Shown here: in pieces, positions 10,081-20,800 of the stretch
Numbering within the stretch: position 1 is the first letter of the stretch
Layout of the letters: each line of letters opens with the position of its first letter
IMG/VR virus record: IMGVR_UViG_3300042562_000678
Location: 607-64,606 of that record
Direction: 5' to 3' (one strand)
DNA length: 64,000 bases
Source: a virus
Taxonomy: Duplodnaviria > Caudoviricetes
Position numbers and translations under genes: made by a program
Notes under the pieces: generated by a model
The model's input: only the letters and a program-made list of their open reading frames with translations
Databases searched by the model: none
Told to the model about the DNA's origin: nothing

Positions 10081-10992
10081 ATGAGCAATATCACGCTTTT
10101 TTCCCCCACAAATGTTCCTGCATTCGCCCGTAACAATGAGTTGTCCGACACCGCCAAAGCCCTCACGGGCGGCAACGTCTCCAGCGTTAAACGCATCTCC
10201 ATCAAAGGTGGTGTGTTCCGCTTGGTCGCAGGCGGCAAAGAGATTGCGTCAATTGATGAACGCCACATGAACGTCATCATTGTGAAAGCCGCCCCCAAGG
10301 TGAGCCGCATCTTCTACGCCAAGTCCTATGACGCCGACAACATCGCTGGGCCTGATTGCTGGAGCAATGATGGTGAGCGCCCCGACCCCACCGCCGCAAA
10401 CAAGCAGTCGGTGACTTGCATGAATTGCCCGCAGAATGCGGCTGGTTCTGGTCAAGGTAATACCCGCGCTTGCCGCTACCAACAGCGCCTTGCTGTTGTG
10501 CTTGAGAACAACCCCACGGGGGATGTGTTGCAGTTGACCCTGCCCGCCACTTCGGTGTTTGGTAAGGAAGACGGCGACAAGCGCCCATTGCAGGCATACG
10601 CCCGCTTCCTGGCCGTGCAGAACCCGCCTGTGAATCCCGAGCAGATCGTCACCGAGATGCGCTTCGATACTAAGGCCGAGGCTCCCAAGCTGCACTTCAA
10701 ACCTGTGCGCTGGTTGACTGAGGAAGAGTACGAGGTCATCAAGACCCAGGCTGACAGCCCCGATGCGCAACGCGCAATCGTGATGACCACGGCACAAAGC
10801 GATGGTGTGAAAGCCGCTCCTGCGCTAGCCATCCCCGGCAAGCCCCCTGCGGCTGAGAAGAAGCCCCAGGCCGAGCCTGTGGCGGAAGCTGACGAGGAAC
10901 CCGAGGTGCGTAGCACTGCGGCCAAGCCCTCGGCTGTGCCAGCCAAGAAGAGCAAGTTGGCGGACATTGTGTCTGACTGGGACGATGAGTGA
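10081..10992 (+). CDS. putative single-stranded DNA-binding protein
   Basis: RISIKGGVFR, PDCWS...C..C...ACR Cys cluster, Pro/Ala/Lys linker and acidic tail DWDDE. Confidence 0.6.
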   Translation: MSNITLFSPTNVPAFARNNELSDTAKALTGGNVSSVKRISIKGGVFRLVAGGKEIASIDERHMNVIIVKAAPKVSRIFYAKSYDADNIAGPDCWSNDGERPDPTAANKQSVTCMNCPQNAAGSGQGNTRACRYQQRLAVVLENNPTGDVLQLTLPATSVFGKEDGDKRPLQAYARFLAVQNPPVNPEQIVTEMRFDTKAEAPKLHFKPVRWLTEEEYEVIKTQADSPDAQRAIVMTTAQSDGVKAAPALAIPGKPPAAEKKPQAEPVAEADEEPEVRSTAAKPSAVPAKKSKLADIVSDWDDE

Positions 10993-10999
10993 GGCCAAC

Positions 11000-11227
11000 A
11001 TGAAAGACAACAAAGAAGAAACCTTCATGCAGACGGTGTATGTGCTTAACGGCATCACCTATGTGCCGCACTACCGCAACCCCTCGGTCTTTGTCGGCCC
11101 AGGCTACCCGCGCTTCACGCGCCAGCGTTACTCAGACACTGAACTGCGCAACGCAGGTGCGCAGCAAGGGGGCTTCCCGTTGTGGAAGCGCAGTGACTAT
11201 GGCGTTGTGACGGACCAGCAACCTTGA
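11000..11227 (+). CDS. hypothetical protein
   Basis: GAGG SD before ATG11000. Confidence 0.55.
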   Translation: MKDNKEETFMQTVYVLNGITYVPHYRNPSVFVGPGYPRFTRQRYSDTELRNAGAQQGGFPLWKRSDYGVVTDQQP

Positions 11228-11231
11228 ACCA

Positions 11232-11251
11232 GCGGGGGCTTCGGCCCCTGC
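11232..11251 (+). terminator. hairpin, possible terminator or processing site
   Basis: GCGGGGGC-TTCG-GCCCCTGC, stable cUUCGg loop but weak U-tract. Confidence 0.5.
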
Positions 11252-11258
11252 ATTAAAG

Positions 11259-11537
11259 ATGGCCTACTCCGAAAAAACAATCAACGCAATCATGCGTGCC
11301 CCCAAGACTCAAGGCAATCAGCTTGGGCGGTGGGCCGCGCATCACAACTTCTCGGTCGTGCGCATCTCCAAAGCTTTGGGTGTGTCCCGCCAGACTGTCT
11401 ACAACTGGTTTGAAGGTGGCGACATCTTCCCCGCATACGAGTATCGCGTCGAGACCATGTTGAAATTCCTACAAACCGCACACTCGGCTGACGATGCCTG
11501 GAGAAAAATATGCGCACACTACAACCTCGAACCTTGA
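11259..11537 (+). CDS. Cro/XRE-like HTH regulator
   Basis: SVVRISKALGVSRQTVYNWFEG. Confidence 0.8.
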   Translation: MAYSEKTINAIMRAPKTQGNQLGRWAAHHNFSVVRISKALGVSRQTVYNWFEGGDIFPAYEYRVETMLKFLQTAHSADDAWRKICAHYNLEP

Positions 11538-11695
11538 GTAACAGCGAATTTATCCGCATTGCGGCAGACGAACTGGACTCACACGACAACCTGCCCCGTC
11601 AATGGCAAGTTGAATTGCTGCGCCGCTTCATGGCGCTGGCACCCACTGACGAGCACCCGCTCAAAGACCCTCAGCAGCTCGACCTGTTTAAATAA
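11510..11695 (+). CDS. hypothetical protein with a possible beta-clamp motif
   Basis: C-terminal QLDLF matches the QL[SD]LF clamp-binding consensus. Confidence 0.55.
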   Translation: MRTLQPRTLSNSEFIRIAADELDSHDNLPRQWQVELLRRFMALAPTDEHPLKDPQQLDLFK

Positions 11696-11709
11696 TCCGA
11701 AGGACTTCC

Positions 11710-14604
11710 ATGACCCCGCTTGAATTTCTAGCGGTCGTTTTGCCGTCCCCGGACAACGGGCTGTACTGTGCGGCAGAGCTATCAACAAAAAAGAAGGAGC
11801 ATATCTATGTGCAATACACGGAGGAAATCACCCCCACCATAGACAAATGGGTTCGTCAACAAAAGGACGTGTACTTTGCGGTATCCACCTTTGAGAACAA
11901 GGGCAAGCGCACAGCGGACAACGCCCGCTTCATTCGCGCACTGTTCGTTGACATGGATGGGTACGCCACCAAGAAGGACGCAGCCACCGCGCTAAACGAG
12001 TTCTTGGCAAAGACAGGTATTGACCTGTTGGGTTCGCCCTACGTTGTCGGTTCTGGTGGTGGGTTGCACTGCTACTGGCCTTTCACACAGGATGTAGCAG
12101 TCGATGAGTGGAAGCCTGTGGCGGAGAACTTCAAGCGCTTGTGCAAGCAAGAAGCCTTGAGCATCGACATGACCGTGACAGCAGACGCCGCCCGAGTGTT
12201 GCGCGTGCCCGATACGTTCAATCACAAAGAGAAGTACGGCACACCGCGCAAGGTTCGCATACTGGCTGAAGGCGACACCTTTGACTTCCACACACTGGCC
12301 GAGCACATCCGCAGCCAACTGAAGGCGCTGCCCCCCATGCTGCCGCCCAAGGGCAAGACGGATTTGGCAATCCCTGGTGAGAGGCCTGTAGCCACGGTGT
12401 CTGCAACGACAGTGAAGTTGTTTGAGAACAGCGTTACCAAGTTCAAGAACATCCTGGTCAAGACCAAGGCTGGCAATGGGTGCGCTCAACTCCAGCACTA
12501 CGCGGAGAACGCCGAGGACGATGGCATGGAGCCGCTGTGGCGTGGGTGGTTGAGCATTGCGCAGAAGTGTGATGATGGCGACAAGGCCGCTGTGTGGCTG
12601 TCCAATCTGCACCCCTACGATGAAGACCGCATGCACAGGAAACTGGCGGAGATCAAAGGCCCGTATCCATGCGTGAAGTTTGATTCGGAGAATCCAGGCA
12701 TATGCAACGGGTGTCAGTTCTTTGGGAAGATCACCAACCCACTGATGCTTGGACGCGAGACCGCCGTATCCACCGCTGAAAAAGTTGTGGAAATCCAGTC
12801 AGCGGATGACACAGTAAAAAAAGTAGTACGCCCTGAACCGCCCAGGGGCTACGTGTACGGTGAACGGGGCGGCGTGTTTATCGAGAAGGAGGATGAGGAC
12901 GCGCAGGGGAATGTAAGCAAGCGCTACACCATGCTGTTGCCCTACGACTTCTTCCCGGTAGACATACTGAACAACCAGGGAGAACACATCGTGCACATGC
13001 TAGCCATGCGCCCATCACTTGTGCAAGAGATTACGTTTGCACAGAAAGCGGTTGCAGGCAAGGATGAGACGATCAAACATCTGATGGCGCAGAACATTGT
13101 GGCTGCGTTTGGTTCAGGGAACGACATAAATTTATACAACTACGTGAGGTCTTGTGTGGAGAAAATGAGCAGTGAAAAGAAACCGATTGATGTGCCAGCG
13201 CATTACGGCTGGCAAAAAGACGGAACCTATGTGTTCGCCGGGCGTATCTACGCCGCGCACAAGCCGCCTATTGAGGTGCCCATGCCTGGGCTTGAGAACA
13301 TCGTGATGAACACCCAGCCGACAGGCTCCCTGGAGACTTGGCGCAAGGTCATCAACCTGCTGGTGCGCCGCAAGCTGTGGGATCACTTGGCGATTATTCT
13401 CCTGGGTGCTGGCGCTCCACTCATGCGGTTCACGGGCCTGTACGGGTTGACTGTGCACTGCGCGTCCAGCGAATCGGGCACGGGTAAATCCTTGGCGCTT
13501 GATGGCGCGGCATCTATCTGGGGCCACCCAACGCACTACCGCACAGGGTCAGGCACCTCGCCTGTGGCTATGCAACAGCGTCTGGGTTTGCTACACAGCA
13601 ACCCGCTGATAACCGATGAGATCACGACCAACAACCGGGCTGACTTCGAGTGGTTCCCATCCACGCTGTTCAGTGTGAGCGAGGGTCGCGGCAAAGAGAG
13701 GATGGAGTCGGGCGCAAACAAAGAACGCTTGAACCTGTCCACTTGGCAGACCATTGCCATCATGTCGTCCAACATGCCAGCTATTGACTACATGACCAGC
13801 GTTCGCAAGCACTCATCCGAGGGCGAGTTGCGTAGGCTCATCGAGTACATCATGGACGAGAAGCTGGAGTGGAACGCCGATGAGATCGAGATCATCAAGT
13901 CGCTCCAAGACAACTACGCCGTGGCAGGGGATGCGCTGGTGCAGTACATGGTTGACAACCAAAACCTGCTCAAGACGTTGGTGCCCGAGACCGTGCGGCG
14001 CATGTACGAGGAGTACAAGGCTCCCAACGACGAGCGCTTCTGGATGGCGGGGGTAGGCTGCGCTATTGCCGCGGGTGTGATTATGAACAGCGAACACGCC
14101 AAGGTTGCCGAGTTCCCCCTGGCCGAGATACTGGAGAGCTACCGCCGCCAGATCACAAACCAGCGCCTGAGTATCAGCGGGGGCAAGCGCAGTGCCGAGG
14201 ATGTGCTCAACGCCTACACCCAGGAATACCAGGGCAAGTTTGTCATCGTCAAGTTTGGCGAGAAAGCTGGCCCCTTGGCGCATCTGGGGGACGGTACTGC
14301 GGTGGACAAGAACACCACCAGGGGCGAGGTCATGGGCCGCGTAGAGTGGGGCGTAACGCCCGACCACATAGACTTCTTCATTGAAGAGCGTCTACTCAAA
14401 GCATTCTGTTCAAACCGCAGCTTCAGCTACACCGCGCTCAAGCGCCAGCTTGAGAAGGACTTCACCGTGCAGTACTTAAAGAAGAAGGACTTGCTGGCCA
14501 GGACCAGTGGCCCTCCGCTTCGAGTCGCCGCCATGCACATCAGCCGCCGCATATCGGAAGTGGATGAAGAAATTAAGAATCAATTATCCCTGGGCGCGGC
14601 TTGA
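11710..14604 (+). CDS. primase-polymerase / DUF927 helicase fusion
   Basis: N-terminal FVDMD, SGGGLHCYW, ARVLRVPDTFN (RepB-like primase); Cys cluster CVKF..CNGC; Walker A SGTGKS, DE, GRGKER. Confidence 0.85.
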   Translation: MTPLEFLAVVLPSPDNGLYCAAELSTKKKEHIYVQYTEEITPTIDKWVRQQKDVYFAVSTFENKGKRTADNARFIRALFVDMDGYATKKDAATALNEFLAKTGIDLLGSPYVVGSGGGLHCYWPFTQDVAVDEWKPVAENFKRLCKQEALSIDMTVTADAARVLRVPDTFNHKEKYGTPRKVRILAEGDTFDFHTLAEHIRSQLKALPPMLPPKGKTDLAIPGERPVATVSATTVKLFENSVTKFKNILVKTKAGNGCAQLQHYAENAEDDGMEPLWRGWLSIAQKCDDGDKAAVWLSNLHPYDEDRMHRKLAEIKGPYPCVKFDSENPGICNGCQFFGKITNPLMLGRETAVSTAEKVVEIQSADDTVKKVVRPEPPRGYVYGERGGVFIEKEDEDAQGNVSKRYTMLLPYDFFPVDILNNQGEHIVHMLAMRPSLVQEITFAQKAVAGKDETIKHLMAQNIVAAFGSGNDINLYNYVRSCVEKMSSEKKPIDVPAHYGWQKDGTYVFAGRIYAAHKPPIEVPMPGLENIVMNTQPTGSLETWRKVINLLVRRKLWDHLAIILLGAGAPLMRFTGLYGLTVHCASSESGTGKSLALDGAASIWGHPTHYRTGSGTSPVAMQQRLGLLHSNPLITDEITTNNRADFEWFPSTLFSVSEGRGKERMESGANKERLNLSTWQTIAIMSSNMPAIDYMTSVRKHSSEGELRRLIEYIMDEKLEWNADEIEIIKSLQDNYAVAGDALVQYMVDNQNLLKTLVPETVRRMYEEYKAPNDERFWMAGVGCAIAAGVIMNSEHAKVAEFPLAEILESYRRQITNQRLSISGGKRSAEDVLNAYTQEYQGKFVIVKFGEKAGPLAHLGDGTAVDKNTTRGEVMGRVEWGVTPDHIDFFIEERLLKAFCSNRSFSYTALKRQLEKDFTVQYLKKKDLLARTSGPPLRVAAMHISRRISEVDEEIKNQLSLGAA

Positions 14605-14827
14605 GAAGGGGCAGGGGTTTTTTGTCCCCTGCCTTGATCTAGACGCTACCCGCGAAGAGGGCTTGCGCAAAGCCCTTCACTACCGCCTGTTTGATGCCCG
14701 TGCCGAACCCTGTGTTCGGGACGGGTTTACTGGCGTGTGGTTCTTTCGGATTGTTTATAAAACCGCTCCGCAATCTTGTTCTCAAAGCGCTTCAAGCGAT
14801 CCAGGCGCTCGTCCTTCTGAGCCGTAG
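14564..14827 (+). CDS. small conserved protein (YPW..L..G.GFFVPC)
   Basis: ATG14564; YPWARLEKGQGFFVPC...GVWFFR; 3' end overlaps the giant gene in antisense. Confidence 0.6.
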   Translation: MKKLRINYPWARLEKGQGFFVPCLDLDATREEGLRKALHYRLFDARAEPCVRDGFTGVWFFRIVYKTAPQSCSQSASSDPGARPSEP

Positions 14828-17800
14828 TCAACCGGGGGTTGTCGCGGATGGCGCGTTCTTCGGAGAACAGCTCCCCCATCTCCTGCCTAAACGCCCCTGC
14901 CTCGTCTTTCATGGCTATCAGATTGCTCTGGCGCTGGGCAAACGCCCGCGCCTCGGCTCTCTGACCTTTGTTCAGCAAGCCTTCGTAAGTGTTTGAGGCC
15001 TGCACAATATCATCCATGCGTTCGTAAGCGCGGTCAATCAAGAACCGGCCTTCGGCTGAGTGGAACAAGCCGCCAACAAACGGCTGCTTGCTTGCGGGGG
15101 TAGATGCCTTCTCGCCCCCCGCTCCCGTTGCAAACACAGGGTCAAGCATGTGCAACGCGGAAATCCCCAGCATGCTGGTGTAGCTCTTTACAAAGTGCTC
15201 CAGCATCAGCGGCGACACACCCACAACCCCAGTAAACGACCCCAAAGCCTTGGCCACCTCGGTAGTGCCTGGACGATAGCGCTCCGCTGGCGCAAGCATC
15301 TTCTCGCGTTGGCTCTCTATTGGCCCAAACGCGGTCTGTCCGTAGAAAGCCTCCAACCAAGGCTTTGCGCCCACAGGCACGACTCCAGGCGCGGACTGCC
15401 ACAACAGTTTGCCGATACCCTTGATCGCTTCCGATGCCTTTGTGTCGCGGATGGCTACGTCCACTATGGCTTGGGGAATGGCCATGAACAACACGCCGAT
15501 CTCATAGGGGATGGGGATTCGCAGCGGGTCTTTTACGCCAGGGATGTACACGAAGAAGTTGCCGTAGCGCTGTTCGGGCGTAGCCAACTTGTAGGCCTCG
15601 TCGTCTTGCATCATGATGGCGTAGGCCATAGCGCCAGCCATCAGCATCATCCCACGGGCCTTCAACTTGCGCTGAATCTCCATTTGCTGGGCAAACGGCA
15701 TCTTGCCGCGCAGGGTGCGGTACAGCACGTCCAGGCCTTGAATCTGGGCGTTGAAGAACGGAACCATCGTAGACAGCATCTGCATGCTGGGCGACAACCC
15801 CCTGCGCCCAAAGTTCTGCGACTCCATTGCCACAAACTGCGCCTGGGCCTTAGACAACCCCCGCTTCAAGGCTGACTCATACACCAGCGCCCTGGTGGCA
15901 ACGTCCGCCTGCAAAGCCGCGCTGTCAATCATCCCCATCATTTTTGTCCACTTGCCTTTGCCAGACTGGATGTCCTGCAAGAACTTCTCCATGTCTTTCT
16001 CGTTGCCCGTGTAGACGTTGCTGCTGACAACCAGACCGCGCATGAGTTCGTCCTGGGTCGTGTTCTGCCCATTGCGCATCTTGGCCAACTGCCGAATTGC
16101 GTTGAGCACAGGCACGCCGTCAGTACCCGACAGCAAAGCCGCGTTGATAGGGTCTCGAATAATCTGCCGCACGGCGTATGCGGGTGAGCGGGTAATGAAC
16201 TTGCGCAAGATGTCAGCAGGCACGCCCAGCATTTGCACGAGTTGCGGCAGCGTAGTCTTGATGCCCTCCATGCCCTTGACAATTAAGTGCGCTGGAATAC
16301 CAAACGTATCCGAGTCAATCGTTGCAAAGTATGGCTTGCCCTTGACTTTGAAGTGCACAGTGTCGGCGTTGGCGGGGCCTTGACCGGGGCCGTACTTGGA
16401 CGCAAACCCCGCCTTGTACATGGCGTTGGATGTTTCGTATGCTGCCTTATTGTCCAGGGCAGCGCGGGTCAGCATATACGTGTTCTGCACAGCACTGGTA
16501 AGGATCGGCATGATCTTGGTGTTGTCCCCAATCATGCGTTGCAAATCTGGGTTGTCCTTGATGTTGCCAATCCTGATGGGGCGCTCGTCTTCTACGAACA
16601 GTTTGACCACGCCATCTTCAACGCGGTAGTACGGAGCGTAGGGCACGCGCTTCAACCGGGTAGCTTCTTCGGGGGTCAGGAAGTCGCATTGCGCCGCAAA
16701 GTCCAAAAGACCTGCGTTGTACTGGCGGTACTCCGCTGCTGCCGCATCCATATACTGTTTGACTTTGGGGTTGGCGTTCAGATACGCCTTGTCCGCATCG
16801 TACTCAGCCTTGGCAGCTTTAGCGTCGCCAGTGTTCAAACGAATCCAGCCATTGGGTATAGCTTCGGCTCTTGCACCTGCGCTCAGCACTGTGAACATGC
16901 GCTCAATGTCGTCCGCACTGCGCCCGCTGGCTTTGGTGGCTTGCTCCAGGTGTTCGCTCACACGAAGCAGGTTGGCCCCCTCAACAGACTCATAGCGGTA
17001 CTCTGTCCCGGTGGTGCGCTTGTCGGCCACGATACGAACCGGGCCGCTAGTAACAAACTGCCCCGCCGCCTGGGTCACTTTGTCTGCCATGCGCATGAAG
17101 TACTGCGCCTGGAACGCTTCAACAGAAGTCAGTTTGTCTGCGCCTTCTGCGGCCACAATGGCCGCGTCCGCTGCGGCAAGCCTGTCAACAAGCTGTACCC
17201 GACCAGCCAGCCCGTAGAAATTGCCTTTGATTTTGGCCGTGGTTGTTGGCTCATAGCCAACAATGGTGGAGGTGGGCCGTGCAGCCGCAGCGCTTCTGCC
17301 AACGCCTTGGATTGAACGCGACGGCATGTAGATGGTTTCAATCAACTCTTGCGCCCGCGTCGTCATCAACTCTTGCGTATCAAAGCCAATCAAATTCAAG
17401 AAACGCCGTATTGCACGCACCAGCATGTTGCCACGGAACCAAGGCTTTTGCTCCATCTTTGTGCGCAGGTCGTCGTTGGACTGCGCTTCCGACACAAACT
17501 CTTTCAGGTCTGCGGTTGCATACTCGCCTTCAAACTTTTTATCGCCTTTGATGGCCTTGAGCATGGCCTCCAGTTCGCGCTTGGCTTGGCGCTGCAAGGG
17601 CGTCAGGTCTTTCTCCGGCATTTCGATCACGCGCATGGTGGCGGCGTGGGTAACTTCGTGCACAAGGTCTTCTTGTGTCATGCCTGCCTGGGTCAACAGC
17701 ACCGTGTTAGTAGCCGGGTCATACGCCGCAGGGTATTGCTTGCCGTCAATGGTGATGCTGCTGACAACCTGAACTTTGGTCTGTCGAACAAACTGCGCCA

Positions 17801-20800
17801 CTTTGGCTGCGTTCTCACGCAACAGCGGCGTTGCGCCGTTCTTGGCCACATCGTTTAGCGCGTAGATCAAACTGCCATCGTTGATTTCTTCAATGGCGCG
17901 GTCAGACAACTGCGTACCCAACGCAGTCTTGTACTGGGTAGGAGCCACATCGCCTTCGTCAAAGTAGAAATCGCCTACAGCTTTTTGGGAACGCGTAACT
18001 GGCGCGTTTTTATCAACGTCCTCTTCAACGGCGCTGTCGGCCTCTTGCTCCGCCGTTGCGCCTGTGCGGCGTTTTTGTTTGCTGGCTTGCTCCGCTTCCC
18101 GCATGCGGGAGATGCGTTTTTCCAGCATCTCTATGGTGTTGCTTGCCTGATCTAAAGCATCTTGCGCCACCATCACAGCGGGGCTATCCTTAACCCCGCT
18201 TTTCTCCGCAGCGGTTTCTGCTGCGTTAAGTTCGGTGCGGGCTTTATTCAAATCGGCAGTTGCTTGGCGCAAGTTTTCGCGTTGTGCAATCAGCGCCATG
18301 GACTCGTCGCTGCCAATCAAACGCTTGCCTTCTGCAAGCCGTTCCGCAATCTGCTCTTTGGTGAGCCCCTCAGTTTGCAGCGCGTACTGCGCTTGTAACT
18401 CGGCTTTGCGGTCGCCTTCTGCGGCTCTCACTTGCTTGTTCAGCGTAGCCAAACTGATTGCATTGGCCGCTTCAGGAGACAGGTCATAGCTGCGCAGTCG
18501 AACAGCTCCAGCCTGCCTTGGCGGATTCTGGCTTCCCTGCTTAACATCCAGCCCAGAACCTGTGAGCATCTGTCCTGGGGGCCTTTGGGCTTGGCGAACA
18601 AGCGGCCCCACTTTGCGTGCGCCAAGCCGCGTGCCTGCAACGACAGGTTGCGTGCCGGGCGTTCCAACCGCCGCCGCTTCTCCCACCGCAGTTGTAACGC
18701 GCTCCCCAGCAGGAAGTGCCTGGGCCAGTTCTTTCTCGTAGCGTTGAACATCGGCAGTTGCTTTTTGTACTGCGGCAACGTCATTTTTGGCAACGGCTTT
18801 TTCCAACGCCGCTTGCGACAAACCAAGCATGCGCTTGGCGTTGTTTTGCACGGCCTGTGCCAACTGCCCGGTGGTGTCCACTTCGATACGCGTGCCGGGC
18901 AGCGCGGCCAATTCGGCTGACGGGGCTTTTAAGAGTTGCTCTAAACGATCTTGACGTTCGTCGTCGGCTTTTTGTTCGGCAGTCCGATTGTCTGGCGCCG
19001 GGGTAGCGCGTTCTTTGGCCCTTGCTTTTTCCAAGTTGGCTTGGGATTTGGCCAGCCGCTCTTGCAGTTGTGCCAACACAGCGGCATTTGATTCGTTGCG
19101 TTTTGCAACCGCTGCCAACGCAGGGTCTTTTGCTTGGCGCTCAGTTTCCGCCTGTAACGCAGCCACGGCATCTGCGTACTGCTGTCGCACCCCTTTGCCC
19201 ATCTCGTACTGAAACATGAGCAAATCACGACGCGCCACTTTGTACAGCGCCACTGCTTTGGTGTGCGCAGCATCCACAGGCGTAGCTTTTTCGATAAGCT
19301 CAGCAAGTTTTGCCTCAACAACCACTGGGGCTTTTCTTGCGGTTTCGCCGTCAACCGTTGTTTCGTTTTTGGCAACCGTTTCAAACTCAGCTTTGATTTT
19401 GTCAAGGGACTTGCGCAACTCTGTAAGCTGGGAATCAACACGGTTTACCGCCAACTCATAGTCTTTGGCGGTTCTAGCCAGGGCAGCAGGTGTGTCTGCG
19501 CCCTTTGTCTGAATGAGTTTGGCCGTTGCTTCTGCTGCCTCTGCGCCCGAAAGCTGCTGCTCGGTTAATTTACCGCCGCGATAAACGTACTCGCCCAGTT
19601 CGGCTTGCAGTCGTTCCATCTCCAGCATAACGTCAACGGTCTTTTCGGGAGCAAATGTGCCGTTGGCCGCAGGGTCTAACGCTTTGACGGCGCTACTGAG
19701 CATGTCCAGTTTCTTTTGGGACTCAACAATAACGTTTGGAATAGAAGGCGTGCGTTTTATAGAGTCCGCCAATTGTTGCGCCAGTCGATTGCGCTCTCTT
19801 ACAGCGGGATTGTCTTTGTCCGTATCCCCCGCAGCCGCTTTTTGTGCACGGGCAAGCTGCTGCCGCAACTCATCAATGTCGTCAGCAACGGTAACATTTG
19901 TGGGTTTGGCTAACCGATCAGCCGCTTTGACCAAGTTTGCTGCACGGGCCATTTCTGCCGCAGCTTTGGCAACTTCCGAAGGCTTGGCTTCTTTTGTTTT
20001 GGGGACAGACTCGATTCCCCAACTTGCTTTTTTCGTGGGCTTTGTGCGTAACTTACCCGCAGCAGTGCGATACCCTGCGCCTGCCATCAAACGACCCGCT
20101 TCGCGCTGTCCAGGGGTTGCGCCAGTAATAACGTCTTGTTGTTGCTCGTATGCTCGTTGGCGCTTTTCCAACACATCCAGCTTTTCTTTAGCGCGGGTCT
20201 GTTCTTCCTGTGCTTTTTCCAGACGCACTTGCAGTTCTTTGGGGATGTTGCCCGTGGTCTTTTTAGCTGCCTGGGCCATGTTGGCCATGTTGAGCAGCTT
20301 TTTAACCTGTGCTGGAATTGCTTCGTAATAAGCCCGTTGACGATCGTTTGTGTAGGGTGCAGCCGCTTGTTTAAACCCTGCTGTAGCGCCGCCAAAAACC
20401 TGCGTTTTGTTTTCGTAAGTGGTTTGTAGCTTTGTGGCCAAGTCACGCAGCGCTTTACCACCGTCGCTGTCAGTGGCAGACAGCGCTTTGCGCAAACTCT
20501 CAATCAGGTTCTGCGTATCCACGTACTTGGTACGGGCTGCGTCCAACTCATCTTTTGGAACTTCTTGCTTGACTTTAACGTACTGCGCCAAGCCAAACTG
20601 CGGCAGTGTTCTCTGGTCAGGAACATCCGTGCCCGTGGTGTTCAGCGCATCATCGCGCTTTGCTCGGTTAGACCAGTAAAGATTCTGCAACTGGTCGTCG
20701 GTCATTAAAGACCCTTGCTTGCGCAAACGGTCAATGAACTGCTCCAATGTGGGCACGGACTCCTCGGTAGCATCCGCCACTCGCTCGGCCTCGCGTGCTT

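Noticed and set aside
8068-14367. Minus-strand ORFs opposite the helicase, SSB and primase genes
   Set aside because: They are antisense shadows caused by GC3 bias
4684-14604. Introns, inteins or stop-codon recoding in core genes
   Set aside because: The genes are contiguous and of normal length in the standard code, with no intein or intron signatures seen
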